A DNA stretch of 17,791 nucleotides from assembly GCA_003221005.1 (NCBI GenBank), contig QHTZ01000042.1:1-17791 (forward strand). The letters are read 5' to 3'. The stretch comes from Gemmatimonadota bacterium (GTDB lineage Bacteria; Gemmatimonadota; Gemmatimonadetes; Gemmatimonadales; GWC2-71-9). Position numbers and translations under genes: made by a program. Of this stretch, positions 1 through 6,903 are shown piece after piece (the first letter of the stretch is position 1; the number at the start of each line of letters is the position of its first letter). Below the pieces are notes generated by a model that was not told where the DNA came from, did no database searches, and was given only the letters and a program-made list of their open reading frames with translations.

Positions 1-711
1 TCGGGCGCGCAGGCGTGGTTCGCGCGTGGCCTGCGACTCGCGGAAGCGTCGGGCGAGCGGCGCTTCCTCGGCCGCTTGGAGCGGCAGCTGGGCGTGCTGG
101 CGCGCCGGCAGGGCGACCTCGCGGCCGCGGGCGAGCATCTCCGGAAGGCGCGGGAGTGGCTCGAAGCCGCCGCCACGCCGGAGGAGATGGCCCGCGTGTT
201 GAGCGCTCAGGGTCATCTCGAGGCTCAGCTGCGGCGTCATGCCGCCGCATCGGCGGCCTACCGGGAGGCGCTCGCCTGGGTCCAGCGCGAGCCACGAGAT
301 CCGGGACTGGAGCTGTCCATTCGTCTCAGTCTCGCCGAGCTGCAGCTCGAAACGGGCCGGCTGCTCGAGGCGGAGGAGGAAATGCGCCGCGCCGAACAGC
401 TCGCGATCGCGAGCAATCTCACAAGCCACCTGGTGCAGGTGTACACACTGATGGGCAAGCTTCGTGGCCGGCAGCAGGACGAGACGGGGTTTGTGTTCTT
501 CGAGCAGGCGATCGACTTGTGCCACATGCTCGAGCGGTCGCCGGCCGCGGAAGGGCAGGTATACCTCGAATACGGCCTGTTTCAGGATCGCCTGCACCAC
601 CGGGAGGAAGCGCGCGCCTACCTCGAACGCGCCCGCGAGCTGTTCGGCACGGTGGGGGAAATGGTGGCCCGCGAACGGGCGGAGGAGGCGCTGCAGAAGC
701 TGTCGGCTTGA
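1..711 (+). CDS. TPR-like helical repeat protein, 5' truncated by window edge
   Basis: Frame is open from base 1 (SGAQAWFARGLRLAE...) to TGA 709-711. Repeating amphipathic helices such as LGVLARRQGDLAAAGEHLRKA, YREALAW, FFEQAIDL and YLERARELF are typical of TPR repeats. Confidence 0.75.
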   Translation, partial: SGAQAWFARGLRLAEASGERRFLGRLERQLGVLARRQGDLAAAGEHLRKAREWLEAAATPEEMARVLSAQGHLEAQLRRHAAASAAYREALAWVQREPRDPGLELSIRLSLAELQLETGRLLEAEEEMRRAEQLAIASNLTSHLVQVYTLMGKLRGRQQDETGFVFFEQAIDLCHMLERSPAAEGQVYLEYGLFQDRLHHREEARAYLERARELFGTVGEMVARERAEEALQKLSA

Positions 712-736
712 ACCACGCAGCGCTCTCTGCTATGTT
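708..736 (+). promoter_or_regulatory. Putative sigma70-type promoter (TTGAAC-N17-TATGTT, with extended -10 TG)
   Basis: TTGAAC 708-713, 17-nt spacer, TG at 728-729, TATGTT 731-736. Stands out in a high-GC background. Confidence 0.55.
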
Positions 737-753
737 GTTGTGGCACAACGGCC

Positions 754-790
754 AGGGCCCGCGGCAGCTGCGGCGCGGGCCTTTTCGTTT
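754..790 (+). terminator. Intrinsic terminator hairpin
   Basis: GGCCCGCG 756-763 pairs with CGCGGGCC 774-781, followed by TTTTCGTTT 782-790. Confidence 0.75.
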
Positions 791-828
791 GACCGGCGAC
801 CTGAGAGAGGGACGGAGATACGCGCGCC

Positions 829-2013
829 ATGCGCTCCGCAACACGCCTGGACATCCTGGGCACCGAGGATGCCTACGTCGTGCTCGACGCGGCCAAGCAG
901 CTCGAGGCCGCGGGACACCGGGTGTTGCACCTCGAGATCGGCGAGCCGGACATGCCGACGCCGCCCCATGTGGTGGAAGCGGGCGTACGCGCCTTGCGCG
1001 AGGGTCGCACGCGCTACGCCGTCGCCGCCGGGCTCCCCGAGCTGCGCGACGCGATCGCGCAGTCGCTCGCGGCCCGCGGCGTGCGCGCGTCCGCGGAAAA
1101 CGTGATCGTCACGCCCGGCGCGAAGCCGATGCTGTTCTGCGCCGCGCTCGCCGTGATCGAGCCGGGCGACGAGGTGCTCTGTCCCAACCCCGGCTTTCCC
1201 ATCTATGAGTCGGTCGCGCGGTTCGCCGGCGGCCAGCCCGTCTACTACCCGCTCGCCGAGTCGCGAGCCTTCGCCCCCGACGTGGACGCGATCGCGGCGC
1301 GGGTGACGCCGCGCACCCGCGTCCTGATCGTCAATCTGCCGCACAACCCGACCGGCGGCGTCGCGAGCGCGGACGACCTGGCGCGCCTGGCTGCGCTCGC
1401 GGAGCGGCACGACCTCTGGCTCATCACCGACGAGGTCTACGGCCAGCTGCGCTACGACGGGCGCTGCGACAGCATCGCGGCACTCCCCGGGATGAGTGAG
1501 CGCACGATCATCGTGGACGGCTTTTCCAAGGCGTACTGTATGACGGGGTGGCGTCTGGGGTACGGGGTGATGCCCGCCTGGCTCAGCGAGCCGATGACCA
1601 CGCTCGTCATCAACAACCTGTCCTGCACGGCGACGTTTGTGCAGCACGCCGGCGTTGCGGCCCTGACGGGGCCGCAGGACCCGGTGCACCGGTTCGTGGC
1701 GTCGCTCCGCGCGAAGCGCGACATGCTGGTCCGCGGGCTGAATGCGATCGACGGAGTGCGGTGCGCGACGCCGGCGGGCGCGTTTTACACCTTCCCCGAC
1801 GTGAGCGGCGTCCTCGCGCGGACCGGGCTCGCGTGCGGGGCGCTCGCGGAGCGGCTCCTCGCGGAGGCGCACACGGCCGTCCTCGCCGGGACCGCGTTCG
1901 GCCCGGGAGGCGCGGGGCATTTGCGCCTCTCGTACGCGGGCGCCGCCCGGGACCTGGAACAGGCGCTGGAGCGCATCCGCGGCTGGGTCGGGAGCCTGGC
2001 CGCAGTGGCTTGA
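829..2013 (+). CDS. PLP-dependent aminotransferase class I/II (aspartate aminotransferase-like)
   Basis: Motifs LEIGEPD, GLPELR, VTPGAK, NLPHNPTG, ITDEVY, DGFSKAYCMTGWRLG (PLP lysine), PAGAFY and HLRLSY. GGAGA RBS upstream. Confidence 0.93.
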   Translation: MRSATRLDILGTEDAYVVLDAAKQLEAAGHRVLHLEIGEPDMPTPPHVVEAGVRALREGRTRYAVAAGLPELRDAIAQSLAARGVRASAENVIVTPGAKPMLFCAALAVIEPGDEVLCPNPGFPIYESVARFAGGQPVYYPLAESRAFAPDVDAIAARVTPRTRVLIVNLPHNPTGGVASADDLARLAALAERHDLWLITDEVYGQLRYDGRCDSIAALPGMSERTIIVDGFSKAYCMTGWRLGYGVMPAWLSEPMTTLVINNLSCTATFVQHAGVAALTGPQDPVHRFVASLRAKRDMLVRGLNAIDGVRCATPAGAFYTFPDVSGVLARTGLACGALAERLLAEAHTAVLAGTAFGPGGAGHLRLSYAGAARDLEQALERIRGWVGSLAAVA

Positions 2014-2020
2014 GCGCCGC

Positions 2021-2048
2021 TTGACGGGATGTGCCCCCGCACTATGTT
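2021..2048 (+). promoter_or_regulatory. Putative sigma70-type promoter (TTGACG-N16-TATGTT)
   Basis: TTGACG 2021-2026 and TATGTT 2043-2048, immediately upstream of the riboswitch leader. Confidence 0.65.
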
Positions 2049-2068
2049 ACGGAAGACAATCGTCGTGT

Positions 2069-2119
2069 CGTGGTGATTTGCCGCGTATTGCCGCCACGCT
2101 AAATAAGGGCTAAAAAGCG
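2069..2119 (+). ncRNA. SAM-II (SAM_alpha-like) riboswitch aptamer
   Basis: CGTGGT-GATTTG-CCGCGTATTGCC-GCCACG-CTAAAT-AAGG-GCTAAAAA-GCG matches the SAM-II layout. P1 is 2069-2074/2093-2098. Conserved GATTT, TTGC, TAAA and GCTAAA words are present. Pseudoknot closure CGC 2082-2084 with GCG 2117-2119. Recognised by eye, not by covariance model. Confidence 0.85.
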
Positions 2120-2122
2120 ACC

Positions 2123-2155
2123 GCCCGCGGCATTCACTGTCCGGGCTATTTTGTT
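2123..2155 (+). terminator. Riboswitch-associated intrinsic terminator (attenuator)
   Basis: GCCCG(C)GGCA 2123-2132 pairs with TGTCCGGGC 2138-2146, followed by TATTTTGTT 2147-2155, just before the RBS GAGGA 2156-2160. Confidence 0.7.
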
Positions 2156-2163
2156 GAGGACCC

Positions 2164-3429
2164 ATGAGTTCGACGGCGACCCCCAGGCCCACCCTGCGGC
2201 GAGAGCTTACGGCCCGACCACTGCGTTGCCGCAACTGCGGCGCGGACCGGGCCGCAGCCCCCGTCTCGATCTGCGACCAGTGCTTGGGGCCGCTCGACCC
2301 CGTGTACGATCCCGCGCGCCCGCTTCCGGACGCGAACGCGATCGCCGCGCGCGCGCCGTCGTTGTGGCGGTACCGGGAGTGGCTGCCGTTCCAAGGGGAG
2401 CCGGTCCATTCGCTCGACAGCGGATTTACGCCCCTCGTCGCCGCGCCGGCGCTGGCGCGCCGCCTCGGTGTGGCGCGCGCCTGGGTCAAGAACGACACGG
2501 TGTGCCACCCGTCACTCTCGTTTAAGGACCGCGTGGTCGCGGCGGCGATCAATGCCGCCGCCGCCTTCGGACTCGACACGATCGGGTGTGCGTCGACCGG
2601 CAACCTCGCGAACGCGGTGGCGGCGCACGCCGCTCGGGCCGGGCTCACCGCCTGGGTCTTCATCCCGGAAGAGCTCGAGGCGGGGAAGGTGCTGGGGACG
2701 AGCGTCTATGGCCCGAAGCTGGTGCGCGTCCGCGGCACGTACGACGACGTCAACCGCCTGTGCGCTCAGGTCGCCGATCGGTTCGGCTGGGGGATCGTGA
2801 ACGTCAACCTCCGGGGCTATTACGGCGAGGGGTCGAAGACCGTAGCCTACGAGATCGCCGAGCAGTTGGGCTGGCGGTTCCCCAACGCCGTGGTCGCTCC
2901 GATGGCGGGGGGCTCGCTGCTCAGCAAGCTGCGGAAGGGGTTCGCCGAATTCCTCGACGCGGGGCTCGTCCGGGGGGCATCGCCCCGGTTGTACGGAGCC
3001 CAGGCCTCGGGGTGCGCCCCGATCGTTCGCCTCGTGGAGCGGGGGGGCACCCAGATCGAGCCTGAGATCCCGCGCACGATCGCTCGGTCGCTCGCCATCG
3101 GGAACCCCGCGGATGGCGTGTTCGCGATGCGAGCCATGCGCGATTCCGGCGGTTGGGCGGCGGCGGTGAGTGACGAGGACCTGGTGGACGGAATCCGGTT
3201 CCTCGCGGAGGACGTGGGGGTGTTTGCCGAGACGGCAGGCGGCGTCACCGTGGCCGCGGCCTTGGAACTCGCGCGGGGTGGACGCCTGCGCTCAGACGAC
3301 GAAGTCGTGCTGTGCATCACGGGTCACGGCCTGAAGACGCTGGAAGCGGTGACCGGCGTCCTGTCCGAGGCACCGGTCATCGCTCCCCGGCTGCGGGAAG
3401 TCGCGGCGCTCGTCGAGCGGTCCCCTTGA
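2164..3429 (+). CDS. Threonine-synthase-like fold-type II PLP enzyme, probably O-phosphohomoserine sulfhydrylase (MetM-like)
   Basis: N-terminal CRNC...CDQC zinc ribbon, SLWRYREWLP, GFTPL, SFKDR (PLP lysine), CASTGNLA, EGSKTVAYEIAEQLGW, SLAIGNPADG and ITGHGLKT. The family call is secure. The specific function is inferred from the SAM riboswitch and adjacent sulfur carrier. Confidence 0.9.
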   Translation: MSSTATPRPTLRRELTARPLRCRNCGADRAAAPVSICDQCLGPLDPVYDPARPLPDANAIAARAPSLWRYREWLPFQGEPVHSLDSGFTPLVAAPALARRLGVARAWVKNDTVCHPSLSFKDRVVAAAINAAAAFGLDTIGCASTGNLANAVAAHAARAGLTAWVFIPEELEAGKVLGTSVYGPKLVRVRGTYDDVNRLCAQVADRFGWGIVNVNLRGYYGEGSKTVAYEIAEQLGWRFPNAVVAPMAGGSLLSKLRKGFAEFLDAGLVRGASPRLYGAQASGCAPIVRLVERGGTQIEPEIPRTIARSLAIGNPADGVFAMRAMRDSGGWAAAVSDEDLVDGIRFLAEDVGVFAETAGGVTVAAALELARGGRLRSDDEVVLCITGHGLKTLEAVTGVLSEAPVIAPRLREVAALVERSP

Positions 3430-3441
3430 GGAGGTCATGAG

Positions 3442-3717
3442 ATGTCCATCACGGTAAACCTGCCCTCGGTGCTCGCGGCACACGCCGGTGGCGCCCGGAC
3501 CATCGAGGCCAACGGCCGGACCCTCGGCGAGGCCGTCGCGGACTTGGCCACGCGCTTCCCTGCGCTCGGGCCCCGACTCCGGGACAAGGACGGCAAACCG
3601 TACCCGTTCGTGGTGTTCTACGTCAACGATGAAGACGTGCGCTTCCGCGGCGGGTTCGGCGCCCCGGTCCAGGATGGCGACGAGGTCACGGTCATCCCGG
3701 CGATCGCCGGGGGGTGA
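3442..3717 (+). CDS. MoaD/ThiS-family ubiquitin-like sulfur carrier protein
   Basis: 91 aa, FYVNDEDVRF motif (CysO/MoaD-like), free C-terminal IPAIAGG. Strong RBS GAGGAGG 3428-3434. Confidence 0.92.
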   Translation: MSITVNLPSVLAAHAGGARTIEANGRTLGEAVADLATRFPALGPRLRDKDGKPYPFVVFYVNDEDVRFRGGFGAPVQDGDEVTVIPAIAGG

Positions 3718-3784
3718 GGCGTCGTCTTCCTCCGGTCGGCGACCTCCTTGGCATGCCGTCGTCAGCGCATCAGCTTCCATACAG

Positions 3785-4873
3785 ATGAAACAATGGCTTG
3801 AAACCCGTCAGGTGCTCGACCGTCTGGCCGAGCTCCGCCGCGCGGGCACCCGCTCCGCCCTCGCGACGGTCGTCCGCGTGCGCGGGTCGGCGTACCGTCA
3901 TGAAGGAGCCAAGCTCCTTGTGGCCGAAGACGGAAGCGCCACCGGGAACGTGAGCGGGGGTTGTCTCGAGCGGGACGTGCGGGATGTGGCGCTTGAGGTG
4001 ATCCGCTCCGGTACGCCGCAGCGCCGCTCGTACTGCTCCGGAGCGGATGAGATCGCCGCCTGGGATCTGGGAGTGGGCTGTGAAGGGGAGGTGGAGGTAT
4101 TCGTCGAGCCCGCGCCGGTGCCCATGCACCTCGAGCGCGAGCTGCTCGAGGGCCGGGAAGCCTTTGCGGTCTGTACCGCAATCCCTGGAAAGGGGGAAGA
4201 GGGAAGGGGGAAGCGTGTGGTCGTGACGAGCGCGACAGCGGAAGGTGACCTTGGCTCACCCGCGCTGACCACGGCGGGGATTGTGCGGGCCCGCGCGCTG
4301 TTGCGCGAAGAGCGCTCGGCGCTCGAGGAGATTGCGGGACACACCGTGTTCATCGATGTACTCGTCCCGCCGCCCGAGCTCGTAGTGTTCGGGGCGGGCG
4401 ACGACGCCCGGCCGTTAGTACGATGCGCCGCGGACGTCGGGTTTCGGGCGATCGTCGTGGACCGCCGCCCGGGGTATCTCACCGCCGAGCGGTTCCCGGC
4501 GGCCGCGCGGCTCGTGCAAAGCGACGCGGCGCAGCTGTCGGAGCGGCTCACCCTCGATGAGTCGAGCTACGCTGTGGTCATGACGCACAACTTCGCGGAC
4601 GACATGGCGTACGCTGGAGCCCTGCTCGAGACGACGGTGGCCTACATCGGCATGCTGGGGCCGCGCGAGCGCACCGAGCGCATCCTGCGCGATGTGGGCA
4701 GCGGGTCGCGCGACACCGTGCGCGTGTACGGGCCCGTTGGGCTCGACATCGGCACCGATGGGGCGGAGCAGGTGGCCCTGTCGGTGGTGGCGGAGATCCT
4801 TGCGGTGCGCTCCGGGCGACGGGCGCGATCGCTGCGCGAGCGCGGCGTTCCGATCCATGCCCCGGGCGACTGA
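3785..4873 (+). CDS. xdhC: XdhC/CoxI-family molybdoenzyme maturation factor
   Basis: ALATVVRVRGSAYR, GNVSGGCLE, LGVGCEGEVEVFVE, LVVFGAGDDARPL, VMTHN, YIGMLGPRER and PVGLDIG. Start reassigned to ATG 3785 (MKQWLETRQ) because the longer ORF overlaps the moaD-like gene. Confidence 0.9.
   Translation: MKQWLETRQVLDRLAELRRAGTRSALATVVRVRGSAYRHEGAKLLVAEDGSATGNVSGGCLERDVRDVALEVIRSGTPQRRSYCSGADEIAAWDLGVGCEGEVEVFVEPAPVPMHLERELLEGREAFAVCTAIPGKGEEGRGKRVVVTSATAEGDLGSPALTTAGIVRARALLREERSALEEIAGHTVFIDVLVPPPELVVFGAGDDARPLVRCAADVGFRAIVVDRRPGYLTAERFPAAARLVQSDAAQLSERLTLDESSYAVVMTHNFADDMAYAGALLETTVAYIGMLGPRERTERILRDVGSGSRDTVRVYGPVGLDIGTDGAEQVALSVVAEILAVRSGRRARSLRERGVPIHAPGD
4187..4213 (+). repeat. Purine-rich GGGAAGG-type short repeat inside xdhC
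   Basis: GGAAAGGGGGAAGAGGGAAGGGGGAAG, translated as GKGEEGRGK. Confidence 0.55.
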
Positions 4874-5468
4874 GGGCCTCCGCGTCGGCGGCGTGGTGCT
4901 CGCCGCCGGGGCCTCGCGCCGCATGGGTCCGGGGCGGAACAAGATGCTGCTCGAGCTGGACGGCGAGCCCCTTGCGCGACGCGCCGCGCGGCGGGCGCTA
5001 GCCGCCGGACTCACGCCCGTGGTCGTCGTGCTCGGGCACGAAGCCGACCAGGTGCGGGCGGCACTCGCCGGCCTCAATTGTGACTGTGTGTTCAACCCCG
5101 CCTTCACGGGACCGACGAGCGAGTCGCTGCACCTGGGGCTGCGCCGGCTCGGCCCTGAGGCCGGCGCAGTTGTCGTGATGCTCGGTGACATGGTGCGCGT
5201 CTCAGACGACATGCTGGCTCGGCTGATCGCAGCCGGTCGTGAGAGCGAGGCGCCGCTCGTGGTGTCGCGCTACGGAGACGTGACGGCGCCTCCACTGCTG
5301 TTCCGCCGCGCGCTGTTCGACGAGCTGCTCGCCTGGACGGGAGAAGGGTGCGGCAAGGCGGTGGTGCAGCGTCACCGCGACAGCGCATACTACCTCGACT
5401 GGCCTGCGGAACGACTCGCTGACGTCGACACTCCGGAGGACTTCCAGCGGCTCACGAGCGGGGTATAA
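4857..5468 (+). CDS. MocA/MobA-like nucleotidyltransferase (molybdenum cofactor cytidylyltransferase-like)
   Basis: VVLAAGASRRMG..NKMLL, LGDM, PPLLF and DVDTPEDF. Adjacent to xdhC. Start taken as ATG 4857, overlapping the xdhC 3' end. Confidence 0.88.
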   Translation: MPRATEGLRVGGVVLAAGASRRMGPGRNKMLLELDGEPLARRAARRALAAGLTPVVVVLGHEADQVRAALAGLNCDCVFNPAFTGPTSESLHLGLRRLGPEAGAVVVMLGDMVRVSDDMLARLIAAGRESEAPLVVSRYGDVTAPPLLFRRALFDELLAWTGEGCGKAVVQRHRDSAYYLDWPAERLADVDTPEDFQRLTSGV

Positions 5469-5498
5469 TCGGCTCGCGCAACCGAAAACAGGTGCCTC

Positions 5499-6161
5499 AT
5501 GCTACGTGTAGTCCGGTGGACCGTGACGCTCTCCCTCGGCGTGGTCGCGGGGCAAAGTCTCGCTGCCCAGGAGCTCGCCCGCATTTGCGCGTCGGCCGGC
5601 AAAGTGACTGTGGGGCAATGGGCGACGTACGCCGGAGCCGGCGGTCAGGTCGACCGTGAGGCCCTGCGCCTCGCGATCGTGGGTTCCGAGCGGCAGGGAG
5701 ATAGCACGCTCTATTGGTTCGAGGTCAACCACCAGGGGGCCGGCGGCGCCGGCCGTGGCGAGATCTGGCAGCTGCTGGTGCCCGGTCTGGGACTCGGCGC
5801 CACCGAGGTGCGCGGGCTGATCGTGAAGCTGGGGACCGCCCCGGCGATGCGGGTGGATCAGATGCTGCCGCTCATGACCGGGCAGATGGGTCAGACCAAT
5901 CCCGCGCTCGAATTCGCGCGGCGCTGCGCGAGCGCTCGTGCCCTGGGGTGGGAGACGGTCAACGTGCCGGGGGGCACGGTGCGCGCGCTGCACGCCCGGG
6001 ACGCCGAAGGGTGGGAGGCCTGGGTGTCGGAGGACGTGCCCTTCGCCTTCGTCAAGCTGCGGACGGGGGATGGGGGCGTGCTGGTCCTGACCGGCCGCGG
6101 CACTGACGCGAAGTCGTCGATCACCGATCAGGGTCCGGGACTGCTGCTGCCACGACCCTGA
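5499..6161 (+). CDS. Hypothetical exported protein
   Basis: Signal-peptide-like N-terminus (MLRVVRW..LSLGVVAGQSLAAQ) and a beta-rich body with ETVNVPGGT and WVSEDVPF motifs. TATAAT at 5464-5469 upstream. Confidence 0.7.
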   Translation: MLRVVRWTVTLSLGVVAGQSLAAQELARICASAGKVTVGQWATYAGAGGQVDREALRLAIVGSERQGDSTLYWFEVNHQGAGGAGRGEIWQLLVPGLGLGATEVRGLIVKLGTAPAMRVDQMLPLMTGQMGQTNPALEFARRCASARALGWETVNVPGGTVRALHARDAEGWEAWVSEDVPFAFVKLRTGDGGVLVLTGRGTDAKSSITDQGPGLLLPRP

Positions 6162-6176
6162 GCGAGGCCGCGCCGC

Positions 6177-6204
6177 TTGACGCGCCCCGCTCGGGGGATA
6201 CGTT
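6177..6204 (+). promoter_or_regulatory. Putative sigma70-type promoter (TTGACG-N16-TACGTT)
   Basis: TTGACG 6177-6182 and TACGTT 6199-6204, the same geometry as the promoter at 2021-2048. Confidence 0.55.
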
Positions 6205-6237
6205 CGCGCCTCGACCGAGCGAGCCCTGGAGACCGCC

Positions 6238-6903
6238 ATGACGCCCGTAGCCCGTCGCCTGACGTATCCCCTCTGCCTGCTGACCGGCGCGCTGTTGATT
6301 ATGGTCGCCGCGGCGCTGCACCCGGATCTCGAGGGCGACGGCGCGGCGCAGTTGGTGATCATCGCGCGGTCCGACGCGTGGCGCGCGATTCATTGGGCGT
6401 TCCTGTTCGGGTTCGTCCTCTCGCTCACGGGGCTGGTCGGTGTCGTGGCCAGTCATGTGGGGACGGCGGGCGAGGGGTCCGCGCGCGGCGGCGTGGCCGT
6501 CGCGGTGCTGGCTTACAGCGCGTGGATGGTGCTCGTGGCGTTCATGGTGGGGACGGGTTGGATGCTTGCCCAGAGCTACCTGGCGGCGGAGCCGGGGCTG
6601 ACGGCGACACGGGCTGTATTCCTGTATGACATGACCCATCCGTTCGCCCTCGCCGCCCAGCGGACAGCGGCGTTCGCCCTCGGGATCGCGACGTACCTGC
6701 TTGGGTGGGGCGTGCTCCAGGGGCGAGCGCTACCGCGGGGGCTGGGTTGGGCGGGCGTGGGGAGCGGGCTCGTGGCGATCGTCCTGGCCCTGGGGTTCGG
6801 GGAGGGGACGAAGGCCGACCAGGCGGCCTTCGTGCTCCCCGTGCTGTGGCAGTTCGTGGTCGCCCTGACGCAGCTCGCCGGGCGGCGCGGCGCGGCGGCC
6901 TAA
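6238..6903 (+). CDS. Hypothetical integral membrane protein (about 6 TM helices)
   Basis: Multiple hydrophobic segments, an LHP motif after TM1, and GGAG RBS upstream. Confidence 0.8.
   Translation: MTPVARRLTYPLCLLTGALLIMVAAALHPDLEGDGAAQLVIIARSDAWRAIHWAFLFGFVLSLTGLVGVVASHVGTAGEGSARGGVAVAVLAYSAWMVLVAFMVGTGWMLAQSYLAAEPGLTATRAVFLYDMTHPFALAAQRTAAFALGIATYLLGWGVLQGRALPRGLGWAGVGSGLVAIVLALGFGEGTKADQAAFVLPVLWQFVVALTQLAGRRGAAA

Noticed and set aside
795-820. CTGAGA word suggesting a TPP riboswitch
   Set aside because: The other TPP elements (CCTGA..., TAATGC...GCGTAGG) are absent.
15-1920. Long alternative-frame ORFs (15..1208 +, 730..1920 -) and similar Arg/Ala/Pro-rich shadow ORFs throughout the window
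   Set aside because: They are expected in high-GC DNA, overlap well-supported genes, and have no recognisable motifs.
3716-3748. Weak hairpin after the moaD-like gene
   Set aside because: The stem is imperfect with no U-tract, so it cannot be called a terminator.
3488-3784. N-terminal extension of XdhC in the ORF track
   Set aside because: It overlaps the moaD-like gene in another frame. XdhC similarity begins at ATG 3785.
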